Of a stretch of DNA of 64,000 bases, positions 1 through 15,200 are shown piece by piece. A program made the translations under genes and the position numbers. This DNA is from Strigamia acuminata. Its lineage: Eukaryota. The first letter of the stretch is position 1. Each line of letters starts with the position of its first letter. The notes under the pieces were generated by a model. The model worked only from the letters and a program-made list of their open reading frames with translations. It ran no database searches and had not been told where the DNA came from. Location of the stretch: NCBI GenBank assembly GCA_949358305.1, contig OX442314.1, positions 14,570,001 through 14,634,000 on the forward strand, written 5' to 3'.

Positions 1-3000
1 TTAGCGGCCGGATGGACTAAAGCCGTTTACAGTGGGCGCTATCACAAGCATTTGTTGGCCGTCAAAGTGGTCAACACCAACGGACATGATCTGCAGGCGT
101 GTTTGCGTGAAAAAGGAGACAGTTTTCAGGATTGTTATCGAAAATCGGCCGCGAAAATCCTCAAGGAGATCGTTCTGTTCAAACAACTCGTCCATGACAA
201 TATGCTCAAGGTTTGCATTTTTTTTATTCCCCGTTTTTAAAAACTAAAACAAAAGAAAAGAAAAGAATATTCTCTTTTTTTGTTCACTTTTTTATCTGTT
301 TTCTGTGTTTGTATTTATTAAAATTGGTTTAAGTGTTGACAGGAATAAATTTAAAAAGGGGGATAGAAATAACAGGTTTGCAGTTATGGTGGGGAAAAAA
401 AAAATATTTAATGAAAATCTACAATTTTTTTTTTTGTTTTGGTTTTTGAAAGACATAAATCAATTTTTTGGAATTTTTGAGGCTAAATTTGTTACATAGT
501 ATTAAAAAGGCAGTGAAAGAATGATTAAACATAATAAAAATAGAAATAAAAATTAGGAAAAAAAGAAGGGAAATTAAGTGTTTGGTGTAAGTAAAAGTGT
601 GTGCCTTGGAGACGTGGACGTCTAGTCCATCAATCTTTATCGTAACAGGCCATTTGAGGCTTATAATTTACGAGCTTACCTGGAGGCGGGTACTGGGGAA
701 ACTGCAATCACGTATACCTGGCCAACCTGGTCTATAAAGTACCGGTTAAAAAGAAAACTCCCTGCTGCGCGAGGAAAAAACGAAATAGAAATTCGCCAAT
801 GAATTTGCTGTGGTAATTTGACATTTTCTGAACATTTGGGTAGGGAAAAGGTGACTAAGCGTCCCGTATGGTATGAGAATATTGTCTCATTGTCTCGAAA
901 AATGACTGCAGGATACAATTGTCTCATGTTGAAAACTAGATTGGAATTTTGAGAGGTCATTTGTTTGGATAAGTATATTCAATTAATTTACGATGAAATT
1001 GTTATTCTAGAAATTTTTTGAATTATTTTCATTAAAAATTGAATTGATTTAGTTAAAATTAAATTATGTAAGGAAAAATTTTTTTTAAGGTATAGATTGA
1101 GTTTTAAAACAAATATCAAGTTTTCAAGTAAAAATGTGATATTTCTAGTAAAGTTTAGACATTTTGAATAAAATTGGAATTTTTCTGGTAAAACTGGAAT
1201 TATTCTGGTAAAACTGGAATTTTTCTCGTAAAACTGGAATTATTCTGGTAAAACTGGAATTTTTTGGTAAAACTAGAATTTTTTTGGTAAAACTGGAATT
1301 TTTCTGGTAAAACTGGAATTTTTCTGGTTAAACTGGAATTTTTCTGGGTAAATTGGAATTTTTCTGGGTAAATTGGAATTTTTCTGGGTAAATTGGAATT
1401 TTTCTGGTTAAATTGGAATTTTTCTGGGTAAATTGGAATTTTTCTGGGTAAATTGGAATTTTTCTTGGTAAATTGGAATTTTTCTGGGTAAATTGGAATT
1501 TTTCTGGGTAAATTGGAATTTTTCTGGTGCAGTTGAAATTTTTCAAATAAAATATAAATTTATCAAAGAAAAAACGATTTTTAGAGCATAGTTGAAATTT
1601 TTTTCAAATAAAATATAAATTTTTCAAGCAAAAAATGATTTTTCAAGTAAAAGTTGAATTCGTAGTGGATTCAATAATTGATCTTTTTTTGTTATTTGAA
1701 GCCCACTTTTCCAGCTCCGTGAATTCTTCCATTTTCACAATCCCAGTATTACAAAACGCAAACCCTGGAAAGAAACTCCATCCCACATTCTTCCACTAAA
1801 ACTTTAAAAAAAAATAATAATCGTGAAGAAATGTCTATTCAACCAAACAAAACAACTCAAATTTTAATTGGCCTTTGTCTCACCAGAGGTTTCGGCTTAT
1901 GCTAATCCCTGTTGATGAATGCCCAACGGAAAACGAAAAAAACGCAAGGATTGTAATTTTCTAATTGACCTGATTAAATATTGACACTTAGGGTAGGCAT
2001 AGCCCTCGATTTTAGTGAGCTTTGTGTCGCGTGACGGACACGTGCTCTCGTTCACCCATCGCAACCCCACCGGCATAGAAAAGCAACCAGATGCTCGTTG
2101 TGCACGGACCTCGAACTCAAATCGATATTAATAATGCATTACAACAAAATACAAGAAAAAAATTGGCCCTACCGCCTTCTGGGCCCAAGATGGAGGTATA
2201 AAAATACATAAAAAGAAAAAGAAAAGGGGAAAAACGGCCCCTGATGGGATTTTAGGCGCCTGATTGAATCCGTGTGTTGTTTGTGTTGAGTCTGCGATAT
2301 AAATTTCGCCACCAGACCATGTTGTAGCGAAGAATTTGGCCTATGGGATCGGTCTGCATCTATAAACATCATCCGTTGCGAGCCATCGCGAACCCTCGAA
2401 AAACAACATCCTGTTTGGTTAACCTTAAATCGCGTAATTTATGTCGGACCATAAAAGTATTAATTATCGTTCCTGTTTGGGATTGTAAGCCTAAGTGTAT
2501 TTTCATATGTGTTTTTTGACGCGGAATTTATTTTTATTGCGGTGATTTTAAGGAGTTGATAATTTATATGGTGCGCGACATTTTTTTGAGTTAAGGTTTT
2601 GTTTTGCACGAATTTCGAAGGGAGAAAGTCGAAGGGAGTGCTAAAAGGGCGGGCGGGGGTGCTGCGACTGGAGATTTTCCCCATCGTTTGGGATAATGAG
2701 ATGCTTTGCATTCTGAGCTCGCTTGTCGGCTGATGCCCTCATCTGCCATTGTGATGGCGGTGGCGGGGCGGGGGCAGATCGGGCAAGATGTTGTTTTATA
2801 TGCGACAGACCGTCGAACGATAAAATAAATGGGACGATTTTTATGATTGCGAACGGGATGTGTGTCGAGTCGAAGCAAACGGCCAAGTTTCCACCCTTTT
2901 ATATATTTGATGTTTTAGACTTGTGCACCGTCGAGGGAGCCGAGGAACCACGTGAAATGGATTTAAGAGATTAGGTTTAATCTAGGCCTAATGCAGTTCG

Positions 3001-6000
3001 TTTTTTTCTTTTTGTCGAAGGTTTTTTTGTTTTCTAGGTCATCTAATTGACCATTTTTGCAAGGATTAATTATATTCGGATGATGAATTTAGATAATTGA
3101 ACGAGTTTTGCAACGGATGTTTAGTTGACAACAAAGGATTTTTATTTTTATTTTTTTTTTACGAAAAGATAAAAATAAAAATAAATTCACTTTAAGCCTA
3201 AAGTCCTCAAAGTGGAGTAGAAATAGAAAGACAAAATGGAGTTGTTTTTTTTAAAAAACGAAATTGGGAATTTTCTAAATTTAACACCCTGATAGGTCTG
3301 GATAATCTAGAAATTAAATTGGATCGATAAAACTCGTCGTTTTTGTTGCAAATTTACATTTGATTCTTTAATTCCAAAAATTCAATCAACCAACAAAATG
3401 CAGCGCACTCGGCTCCTTCTTTTCTCCCCGCGAAAAAAAATAAAAAATAAAAAATAAATTAAGTCACGTGAAAAGGGTTTCAATTTGATTGACGTGCAGT
3501 TTTTATTTCTGGTGTTAAGTTTGTCACTTGTCATTTTTCTTCGTGAATAATTTTCCATGTTGGGGGTTCTTAAAAAAAAATAAAATTAAATAAAAAAAAA
3601 AGAATTTTCTGCGCTTTAATGAGCGTTTCCTTCGAGTTTCAAGTTGCAGACCATCCCTTTTCTCTTCAATTGGAGTCAGAGTGAAGATTTATCAAGTAGA
3701 ACAAATGTGTGTTTGCGCATGATGAAGAATACAATTAGCGAGTCGAGCCTCGTTCTTGTTTTGCCTTTGAAAACGGGGGCCTGGAGCTTGGAAAATAGAA
3801 AAATAGTGAGGTCCCCTCGTCACTTGGTGCACTTTGATGCCCCAATGATGCGAGCATGTGTCAGGAGGGTCATAATTTCTGGAGGAAAACAGACGCGTCA
3901 ACCATAAATATGTCAGTTTCGACCACGAAACGAGCTGCACGTGGTCCTTTTCACGTTTCCCTTCCCTTCCCTCGCCCCCTCTTGTCTTTTCAATTCGACT
4001 CTGTGGACACTGGGTTCCCATCACAAGGCTTGACACGCTAAAAGACAAATGGACCGAAGCCCGAACAGTTTTGTTTGCTCGTTGACCTCTTTTTTTTCTT
4101 CTTTTTTCTTTCGGTTTTTGGCTTTTGGTTTCTTTTCTTTTTTTGCCGATTTTATTCACGGGTCGTTTGAGGGCGATGGCGGCGAAGCGTGGGCGGTAAA
4201 GGGAAGGGGGGCACGCCAGTAATTCCCGGGCTTGATTGGCCACTTGATATTGATTTACGACAACGCTGACGCCAGATCCAAATTAGCGCTCGAGGGACCC
4301 ACGAATCGATTCTTGCGTCTCAGTTTTCGGGGTCGAAATGGACCGATTGCTTTTGGGTCTCAGGTGTGTCGTCAATTTAAGGGGGTCGAAGGATGATGAA
4401 AAGAAACCAAACGTTGCTATTTCCATGTTTTTTATTTTTTATTTTTTTGAAATTTTAGATTTTTGAATATTTTCTAGAGAAAAATATTTAGCATAATTTT
4501 TGTTATTCAATTTTTTATTTTTTCTATTTTTTAATATGATAAATTTGAATAAATTCTGATTTCTCATGGTGAATTGCGAATTTTCCAAAGAATAATTTGA
4601 AGGAAGGGGAACGATGGATCGAAGTCTGATTCATGGCCACCAATCCGTGCTTGAGTCGTTGCCTAATAAAGTTGTCGCATGGGGAAAATAACTGAAAAAA
4701 ATACTGAAGGAAAAGGGTGATTTTAACTCCCCTCGTTTCGTTTCAAAGTTGTTTCGATTTTTTTCCACTGCAAGATATTTTAATGAATTTCTCGCCATCT
4801 CATTAATGCTTTTAATTTATAATTTGAATAGACGACGATGCATGATGCGTGCATTTTTGTTTTGCAATCTTGTTTATTCTCAAAATTGCCTTCATCTCAG
4901 TAATAGCTGCAAAATACTTGCGGTTCGAGCCGACTAAATGTGGAAAGGAAAGAAAGAAAAGTGTTTTCTAAAGTCGTGATTGATGGCCTTTGTTTTGGCT
5001 CCCAAGTGGCACCGGGACGGGGCGAAGGAGGAGAGGAGTGGAGCGGAGAGGAGGGGGCTTTTGCAGATTCCTGCAGTTAGATGGAGGTCACACAGAGGGG
5101 GTTTTGAACATTTGAATCGAAGCGTGTTTGAATGGGGACAGTGATGATTGGTGCATTTTTTATTGGACAGCTGTGGAAATTGCAGCGTTTCGAGTGGCGC
5201 GAGTAAACACGCAGCAGCCAACAAATGATGAGTTGAAAGCTTCCTCTTGACCGAAGATGCGTGGGCAAGGCGCGTTCCCAAGATAAGACGTCCAGGCACC
5301 AGATAACACTTGGGGGGTTCACTCGTCTGATTGACGTTTCGCGTGAGCACGTGATGCAATTTATAAAATACATTGACTGACGCTCAGTCATTTACTTTAC
5401 TTTATTTATCTTGGTTATATGCACGAAGGGTATTTAGTATTCAACAAGCGTCATATCAGGATTAACCCCCGGTATTTGTGGTTTTTGACACCAGGGAGGA
5501 CACATGCTGGGTTGAATGGGAAAAAGTTGACAGATTTTAATTAGTGGGATTTATTTTTTATTTTCATTTTGAATCTGACACTTGTGAGGAGTTCAAAGGG
5601 GGAGAAATTGTTGAGGAAAGTTTGAAACTTGTTAAAATGTATTATTGAGTGATGATTAAGATGAGATACTAGGTCGAATGAGTTGAGTTTTTTTTTATAT
5701 ATGTTTTTTTTATTTATTTTTTTCGTGCTGGCTCCATCCAAGCTTTGCTTTTAGATGCCGAAACGATAAGAGGCCCTTAAGATTGTGGGAGAAATAAATT
5801 CTTATTGATCATGACTTGCATTTTCACGCCTTCGAGCCAAAACGAGTTTGAAAATGCGTCGTGTACCCCATGCAGAGAAAAGTTTACGTTCCCAAAAAAA
5901 AATTTTATTTTATTTTTTTAAATGGAGAAATGTCGGAGATAACAAGGTATGAAGGAAAATGTTGTATTCGCGCTTTATGTCACTGCCGACAAGTCGTAAT

Positions 6001-8308
6001 TTAATTTTAATGACAAGTATGTGGTGGATAAAATGTAAATAATTCGTTCGCACATGATTCAATTGGGATGAATGGAGGAGGAGAAATTCTCCTTTGATCT
6101 GGTGCCGCCATTGTGGGTAACAAGTGGGACCAACACCTGGGATGTTGAATTGAATGGAACAAAAGAAAGCAGAAGTCGATCGACCATTATGGAATAATAA
6201 TTAATTAATTTTTGCGTTTTCTCCTTGTTATTTTAGGTGTTTGGTTACTGCATACCGAATGGAGATTTCAAAGGAAAAGATGGAGGTGTGGTTGCCATGG
6301 TTACCGAGCTGGGAGAACCTTTGGACATCATCAAACTATTGCAGATGTCATGGGAGGACCGACTCAGGGTAAGTCAATGGGGAGTCCATTGGGAATGAAG
6401 AGGAAATAAGCAAATAAATCAATTTCAGTCGAGCGTACAAATGTGCACAATGTGTGTCCATTTTGCAATTTTCCACTATTTTTTCCTCAGGTATATTTTT
6501 TGTGTGGAATTTTTGCATTATTTATAAGGAATGGACGTTTTTTTTTTGTTCTTGACACAATGGAGGCGGGGACCTGAATTTTATTTAAAAATTTATTCCA
6601 ATCCACACCTGGTTCTTGTTTTTAGATGAAGAGCAAACACCTGAACTGAACTTTTTTTTTAACGACTAAAAAATGTTTTGAGGTAGTTTAGATGCGAGGC
6701 AAGACAAGCTCATTTTTCTGTTGGTTTTTAAAGTGTGAAGGAACAAAGTTGAAATTGGAGTCATTTCTATGCGCCAGCCCACTTCATTTGTGCTTGATTT
6801 ATGGTTGTCAGCTGTTGGCCCTTGTCTGGGCACCCCTGGGTCTGTCTGACGAAAGATGAACCCCAAGGGTTCGATTTTGAAGGTCCAACAAAAGTACCCT
6901 TGGAATTTTTGTCAAGGAAAATGTGTTAAATAAAAGTTTGGCTGTGCGATGAAAATTATAATGAGTCGTTAGTTATCGCTGCTGCAAATCGCTTGTGGCC
7001 CCTTTTGTGCGAGGTTAATTTTTTTTCTCGCAGCTTCTGAGCAGGTGAAAAGAAATGATACGTCTGACTGACTCTTCAGCTTTATTATTTATAGTAACAT
7101 TTATCAGAAGTGAATTACACAATAAGCCTTTGTCCATCGGGTTTGATTTAGATGACTCGGAGTGACATTTTTACTAGTTGCTGGAGCGTGACATTTAACA
7201 TGGTAAAATAATATCTTGGCTCAAAGTGCTCAGGAAACGATGATATTACTTATTTTTACAATCTGACAACACTTCACGACTCGATGAAATAAAACGGTCG
7301 TTTTGGGAGGGGCATTTAATTGGTCATAATTAATTGTTTTGTCATATTTGCCCCACCCGAAATTCTCTAGATTTTTTTATTTTTTATTATTTTGTTTGTT
7401 TTGGCATTGATTTTTAATTTTTTTTAATTTTTTTTAATTAGATATGTCTGGGAGTTGCACGTTTGCTTTATTATTTGGCGAATTCACCACTAGGATCTCT
7501 CGCCATGAACGATTTTCGCCGGCAACAATTCGTTTTGGTGAAAGGTGAATTGAAATTATCCGATGTCGACGATGTGAGTGTCAACGAACCGTCTTGTCCG
7601 TCTGGGAAAGAAGCATGTGACATATCACTATTAAATGGAAATTTAACACTGTCGGTGAAGTGCGTTCAAGGTGTTTGTCGAGGACACAACGAAAAACTCA
7701 ACATAGTCAAAGCTGGACGTCATTTTACGACATTTCTGTTACCGCACGGAGCGCCCACTCAACTCCGACCACTTGTGGATGAGATTGTTCGCGCTTACAA
7801 CACTGTTTCTTGGGATTCCAAGAAAATTCTTGCGACGACCGAAGATCTGGTGCAAATGTATGTTAGTGGGAAATATTTGAAGAAGGACCGACAATTAAAT
7901 TACAAAAACGAAAGTATGAACTTTGTTTGAAATAGATTTTTGAAGAAAAAAGTTTAATATTTTGCTATTTTATTTCAGAATATCGTCAATTTAATTTCAG
8001 TGATTTACCCGGTCATTTTGATTATCGGTGTCAATTATCACTGTCTGGAAATGGGTGTACTTTGTCTGTGTTCGACATCCAAGAAGCTAAAGATATTTGC
8101 TCTCGAGATGCTGATTGCAAGGCGTTTGTTGTTACCAATCAAACAACTTGGACAGGTAAGAAAATAAATGAAGTTTGGTGTTGTAAATCTTTTAATCTAA
8201 TATGGTGATTGCTTTCTAGGAAGAAAATTAGTTCACTTTAAAAGTGATTTTTCGCATACTCCTGTCTGGAATTCCGAGACAACGTTATTTTTGAAAGACA
8301 CTGTATAA
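1..8308 (+). CDS. PKDCC: Extracellular tyrosine-protein kinase PKDCC/VLK homolog, 5' end upstream of window. Exons 1-210, 6237-6368, 7442-7913, 7979-8155, 8220-8308
   Basis: Spliced translation: [105 protein letters not shown]..; C-terminal [32 protein letters not shown] matches PKDCC. GT-AG junctions in frame, TAA at 8306-8308, AATAAA near 8394. Confidence 0.9.
1171..1528. repeat. ~20-bp minisatellite in the long PKDCC intron (units GGTAAAACTGGAATTTTTCT and GGGTAAATTGGAATTTTTCT), about 18 copies
   Basis: Directly visible tandem array; more degenerate units flank it (about 1120-1170 and 1530-1660). Confidence 0.95.
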
Positions 8309-9210
8309 AACAAACCAAAAGGAAATTTTTGTGGACTTGAATGTAATTTAATTTATGAATTGTACATACTGTGTATGTGTTAATAATGGCAGCAATAAAA
8401 AAGTATTGAAAATTGAATTAATTATGATTTCACGCAGAAAATTAGCTAAATTTTGTTTACAAAACTACCACGAGAATGTCCCCGTTCTTGCGATGTCATC
8501 CAACTGAAGAAATAACTAATTACGTCATAGATTTTGACAGGATGAACCGGGTGAACCCCGGGAAATGGTCACCATTGATACAGCTGACAAGTGAGCAGCC
8601 CGTAATCGTTATCTCGTTGAAGTCCGTTTTCGAGACATCATTTTGGACCGAGTAAGGTGAGTGATAACTTTTATCAACTCGTAACATTTAGTAAGAATAT
8701 ATAGTTAACAAAATCATTAAAGATAAGTTTAATGTTTGACACAACGTCTAAAAATTGTTTTTGATTGGTTGCTAAGAAATAGAATACGTAAAACATAAAA
8801 AAAAAATTCACGTTATTTTTTATTTTGATTTTAAATTTATACGAAGAAAAAGAAAAACCAACACAACTAAAAAAAGCAAATTAATAGATAAAAGTTTTAA
8901 AGAGTCTTTCTTTTATATATAATACAATATTAGTTCGTAAAAGTGATATAATCGTGTTTTGGAAGAACAAATTTTGGTGACTAGTCATAAAATGTACACT
9001 TGGTCATGGAAGGCAGCTTTTAGTTGAGAACAACTGCAACAGGGCAACGTAAAATATCTCGAAATAACTAGTCACCCGTATATATATAAACTACTATCAA
9101 GCAAAAAATTAAATATCTGCATATTTCAAATATTTCATTGCATAGTTCAAAACGCAACAGCAACAATACAGACTAAATGATCTTTGATGATCTTACAACA
9201 TAACAGTCAA

Positions 9211-12200
9211 CTACTGCTGACGATCAATCGTTTGGAAGAACCATTCCGTAAATCGCCGTAACTGAGCAGCTGCAGTTTCCGATTCCTCTTGTAATCGGAA
9301 ATTCTTCTGTCGAAGAGAATTAACCTCGGATTCCAACGCTTCCTTAAAATGTCGTTCTCGTTTCAGTTCTTGTTCCAATAGCTGCACACGGGCTTCTAAT
9401 TCACGCATTTTGTGTGTATTTGACACAGCTGTAGCTCTAAAAAAAATTATCATCTTTCCAGTGAGTCGTCTTTAAAAAGAATGCATTACAACTCACTTCG
9501 TCCCCGGTGGCGTCTCCAATCCCAAGCGATCCGTAACTTCGGTTATCCACGTTCCAGGTTTGGAGGATTTGCTTTGTAATGGAACACCAACAACCTGCAT
9601 GGCTTTAGTGGCAGTATTCACTAGACTCGGCCAATCGATATCTTTGGATTCTGGAAGTGGAAGCATGTTTTCCGGTTTAGCGGCCGCAGATTTCAGTTTG
9701 GAACCAACTGCATTGTTGTGAACACGGGGTGATAACCTAGCACGTGAAAACAAAATGCGATTTTGAATACATTTTGTAATTAATTAATTATTGTCTAAAT
9801 AACCTCTCTTCTTTGGACAATTTGTTTTCACTTGGTGCTGGAGATGATGATGATGTTGTCGAAATGACGGTCGCTGGCCTCGCTATGGTGAAAATAACGT
9901 CGGCGTCATTGTTGTTCTCTGCCGTTACAAATGTCGCAGTACGAACGCTGTTTTGACTGCCACTACTGCTACTTAGATTTTCTCTGGACGACATTTTGGA
10001 TGGAGGAGGAGCCGGGGGTGGTGATAAACGAGTACGATTGCAATTTTCATCCCTCGACTGAATTTGAAAAAGAAAAAAAATTATATTTTATTAGAAAAAT
10101 TAACATTTGACAAAAAATAACGCTTACTTTGTTGTCGTCGTGCGTATTAATTAAATCAGGATTGATCAATTTGAGCAAATCTTCTTGGAATGTACTGCTA
10201 GTTTGACCGCTATTTCTATTTATTTGATGATGTTGTTGATGTTGGTGATGATGCCGACTATTTGCAACCGACCGTAACTTGATATCGCTCATGTCATTCC
10301 TTGAAAGAACGAAAACCAATTTGATTGTTAATCATTTACTTACATATACGACGAGTAAATAAGGGCATCTAACCTTACTCCAGTCCGTGGACTGTGTGTT
10401 CGACTACTGCTTGAGCTGCCACTGCCTCCCCAACCGCCATCGACGGGCCATCGCCGTCGACTGCGCGGAGAAAGACTATTACTACTTCCAGACTGCTCGT
10501 CTTCGCTCCTCGCCCCGTGAAACCGATCGCTCGAACTGTCCGAATGTCCATCGCTAATCACAATTGCGGGAGATGCCAGCACACCCGATTTTTTATCCGA
10601 ATTCAGTTGCTGATTCGAGCCTCGAAGGGAGTTAAGCCTATCGTGTTGCACGTAATCACAAGTTTGGTATCCTATGCTCGCGTAATCGTGGTAATTCGAC
10701 GATAACTGTTCGGATTCTCGGTTTTGTATGTGTTGATGTTGCGCCGAATAATTAGCGGGGTAGTCTTGAGGTAGTCGCTTGGTTTTTACGTGCGAAAAGG
10801 CGCTGTGCGAAGTGGGGACGAGTCGGGCGGGAAGAGGCGGTGGGACCGGTTCTTGATGAATATCTGGTTGAACGTCGTTTCTCGTTTCTGCATCAACAAT
10901 TTCACTAACATCATACCACTTCTCCTCACTCGACTGGCTCGAGCTGCTATTTATCTCACGTGCACTTCCAAACCGTTGTTCGACAACTGTCGACCGAGTG
11001 CTGCTTCCGCTGTAACCGGAGCTTGTTGTAGAATATGCACTTGATTCTGTATATCTACGTCGAAAATAAAAAATTTATATTTCTCGTTTTCGACGTATTA
11101 TCAAATTCTATCTTACTTTGGAACTTTTATTTGACTCTGGGCTATTTGCTGCCGATTTTTTACTCGAGAAACGAGTTCGGTGCCCGGCTCAAAGTTTCTG
11201 TTGACGTTTTCGTAGTCGGAAATCGTACTGCTGCTCATGAGGTACGAACATGAGTGCAAACAGCATCCCCTTGAAATATTAAAAGTACAATTAAGTACAA
11301 TTGAAGAAAATGTGTTTCAACTTGAATTTACCTTCTCGGAGTGCCATCCGGAAATGGAGGTATGACAGTAATTGTAACCGTTAAGGAAGTCTTAAGTAAA
11401 TCCACCATTTGATCGTGCGTCATAGCAGATACGACGACTTTACAGATCTAAGAGATAAGATAGGTGAGTGTTAACGCTTGAAAACAATGAATTTATGTAT
11501 TATGTATTTACTTCGACCAGTCGACTGCCTTGTCTAACGCCAGCTTGCCATGCAAATCCATAATTTTCTACTTCGGTTATCGTCCCATCTTGCTGCACAT
11601 GAAAACCCAGCTGCCCTATATTATTCCTCTTCAATGCGAATTCTTGCGTCTAAAATAATAATAATAAATTTAAATTTAAATCAAATCGGTAACAAAATCC
11701 GTTTGCTTACCTCACAACCTTGCGAAATACAACATAATCGACTAACAATCTCCTGAATTTCATCGACATCAGGGTCCCGGCTGCGTATAACGATACATTC
11801 TCCTTGATGGTAATAGATTTTCAGACTGCAATGAAATTAAACGTTTTATTCGTTTAATTAACTCAGAAAATTAAATCCCATTTAATCGCAATGCTCGCCT
11901 GTTAGTGTGAGACGACCATCCCAATATGCTGGTCACTGGACACACAAATACCGGCTCGCGACTGTTTTCTTCTATCAAAATAAGCGTGTCGCCAGAAATC
12001 CCCAGAAAACAATTTATGACGCGTGCTTGACCATAATCTTCGACCTTTAAATAAGAAAAAAACGAAATTTAAGTTGAAAAATGGTAAATTATTCAACGAA
12101 ACAATAATGTTTTTACGTGAATATTCCACACAATTGCTCCTTTAATGTAACAATCCGGTATAAACCTCGCTCTTGGTTTTTCTTTTTTGCGCACACCGAA

Positions 12201-15200
12201 CGACAAAGCTAAACGAAATTAATTATTGAATTAAAAAACACAACAAAACATTATTTTACACAATTAAATAATTTACAAAATTTTGATCCAACTTCTAAAG
12301 TTGTATTCGTGATATGATTTGTCGCCAAATCCTTGAGATATTCCTGCCTCGTTCTGGTCGCCATAGTTGCAAACTTTTCCGACTTGTGAGCTGCGTTTTC
12401 TGCATTGATAACTTGAAATAAAAAATAAACAACAAATTTTAAAGCTTATCATACACGCTGATAATGAAGTAAATGTTTACTTTTAGCTAATAAGAAGTCG
12501 GCAAAAGCCTTTGATTTTGGAAAGATTGCATCTTCTGGAATTGGCGGTCCAAAGGCTTGAACATCCCTCGATCTGCTCACGTTCACTCTGAAATACAAAA
12601 TCGTTACGTAACAAATGACAATTGACAATTTCGTCACGTTAATTTACTTATAATGAGTTTTGTCCGTACACGGTTGAATGGCTCGGATGACTATGAACAC
12701 ATGCTGAAACTGAGACCGAATATTCTTCGGTGTAAAGGGACGTGCATCTGGTTCTTGGAACACAATGGTTACTATATCGTTGCCGATGTGACGTTTCCTG
12801 AGTAACTATTTATCAAAGAAAAAAAAATAACGTACAACCCCTTAAAAAATTGCTAATAACTTTCAACTAACTTGTTGTCGATTATTCGCACTATAAGGCA
12901 ATAAAGAAGACACGTGGAACATAATTTCACAGTCTTGGAATGCGGCATAAACTGAATATAAACCTGTAGAATCAGCTGAAAATCCAAAAAAAATAAAATT
13001 GTAAAGCAAATAATAATAATAATAATAATAATACGGTAATTTAATTTACTTTTATTATCCAATTGTGCTCTGTACTTATCAAAACCTTTCAAGCGAACCC
13101 GTTGACCTAACATGTCGAGAAATTCATCAAAAGCAGGTCCGGAGTGTTCTAGTTCAAAGAAAAAAGAAAAGAAAAAATTGTCATTTGTTTACAAACAATG
13201 TGCACTGATAGCGATAACAATTTACCATTGTTATACATTTCTTCCTCGGTAGCTTGACCTGCTTTACAATACATGATTCCAACTTTGTACGTGTTAGTGA
13301 CCTTATAAATAAAAATATCCAATTAAATTACTGCTAATCTATAGTAATTCTTTATTTTTACTCCTTGTTGATCTAATTTAATAAGTTGTTCTTCGGTTCG
13401 TGGCACCAGCATTCCCAAACGAAGGCACGGAAGTTGAAGTTCCGGTGCCACATAATCCAGCATTTCTTTAATCGGAATTCCTCTGCTGCTGTTGGGCTTC
13501 AAACTCGGAATCGCATCCTCGAGAACACTTCCACGAAGTGTCATCAACTGGAAACAAACATCAAATTTAACGAAACCAAATTGTAAACAAGGATTTCCAT
13601 TTCCACAGTTATTCATTTAATATAAACATAGAAATGAGGTCAGCCATCCTCTTCGACAGGAAAAAAAAGTGAAATTGCATAATCCCATCATTACCTCACT
13701 CGTTCTGATGATAAGACGATAACGGTATTGTGAGAAACACTCCTTTCCCGTTGTTGAATTACTACTATCTTCAATCTTTTCACGCATAATACTGACGGCC
13801 ACAGGTCCCAGATTTTCATCGATGCCGAACCAATTTTGATGTTCTACATTATAAAAAATCAATTAATTTCAACATAAAAATATGCGTAAAATCAACGTAC
13901 CTTTTCCCGAAAAATATTTCCTGTAATAAGTAACACCTCGATCGACATTTTCAATCTGTAGCGAATGAGTTTCGTACGGACAATTCCACTTTTTCCAATA
14001 ATAATCCGCCGCTCCCTCCAGAACCGATATCCCACAAACGATGGCGGGTTTGTAAAAATGATTGGAAAAAGACTTCAAACCGTCTTCAGCTTGTACCCTC
14101 GGACTTTTACTCGTGGCTCTAGTCAAACTAATCACTCTTTCCTCTTCTCCACCCAACTCGTTTCGAAAAAATGGACAGCTGAGCACCAAATCGTTGTTGC
14201 GTCCATCCCCTGCGTCGCTTTCTTCGGTGCGGACATCTTCGGCACTGCCGTGAGGAGTCGTACGGTTCGACATGGACGCGGCCGAGGCTCCAGTGGTGGT
14301 GTTCCGCCTCTTGTTCAAAATGGCCCTCAGTCTGCCCGCGTAGGCTAAATTGGCGGTTACGCTTTGCAGGTCGTAGTGCGCGAACGCCTTTCGCCTCAAT
14401 TTCTCCTCCAATTTCGTATCGGCGTCGAGCGAATTATCGGATCCTTTGCTGACAGTCTCGGCCGTCGCGTCCGATTTCGTGCCCCGTAATTTACGAAACA
14501 GCGACGGTTCGTTGTTGGTGGAAGATTTAATCTTGCTAGGTTTGGCTTTTTCTTTCGTTTCCCACAATTTCGGAAATTTCGATTTGGTTTTGGGACTCGA
14601 AGCGCCTTCCAGCGCGTCGGATCCGTTAACTAAGGCATTGGAAGCGTTTTGAGTGGACGGAGTGCAGTCGATCCGACCGCGGAGGTAGTCGGCTATTTTG
14701 GCCGGCCCGGGACTTCGTTGGTCCGGGTTATCGGTACGGAAATCACGCAACATGGCGAAGAAACTCTCCCCGCTCGTGCTGATCATGTCGATGGACGACG
14801 CGCTGCCGTACTCCCGTCGCAAACCGGCGGCGGTTTTGTCGTCCAGAGTTTCGTCCAAGTCCAAGCTGCTGTTGCTGCGATAAAGTCCGCCGGACGTTCT
14901 TGGCGGTGTTGCGTGAACGTGGCTGCCGTCGTCCCACACCCATCTGTTGCTGCGCTCGCTCTGGGAGCGTTGAGGACTCATTTTGTTTTGATTATGCACA
15001 TTCCTCTGCGGCTGATTTCTGGAAACCGAATGATGTTCGTTGTAGGAAGACCGAAAATCGGAAGATATTCCCAGTTTGTAAGGTCCGCGAGGTGGGGTAT
15101 TAAGCACGGTGCCATTCATTTTGATCTTATGAATGTTGTTGTTGATGTTTTCATTGATCACGCCCGGATTATGATGAGAATTGGTTTGGTTGGGGCATAC

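Noticed and set aside
676..960. 94-aa minus-strand ORF ending at a donor-like CCAG|GTAAG
   Set aside because: No recognisable homology or partner exons within the window; cannot be supported.
1171..1528. CRISPR-like array
   Set aside because: Direct tandem units with no unique spacers, eukaryotic context, no cas genes.
1328..1546. Repetitive 72-aa ORF ([17 protein letters not shown])n
   Set aside because: Translation artefact of the 20-bp minisatellite (three units make 20 codons).
3692..4243. 183-aa minus-strand ORF in the PKDCC intron
   Set aside because: Low-complexity Lys/Arg content derives from T-rich tracts; non-ATG start and no domain similarity recognised.
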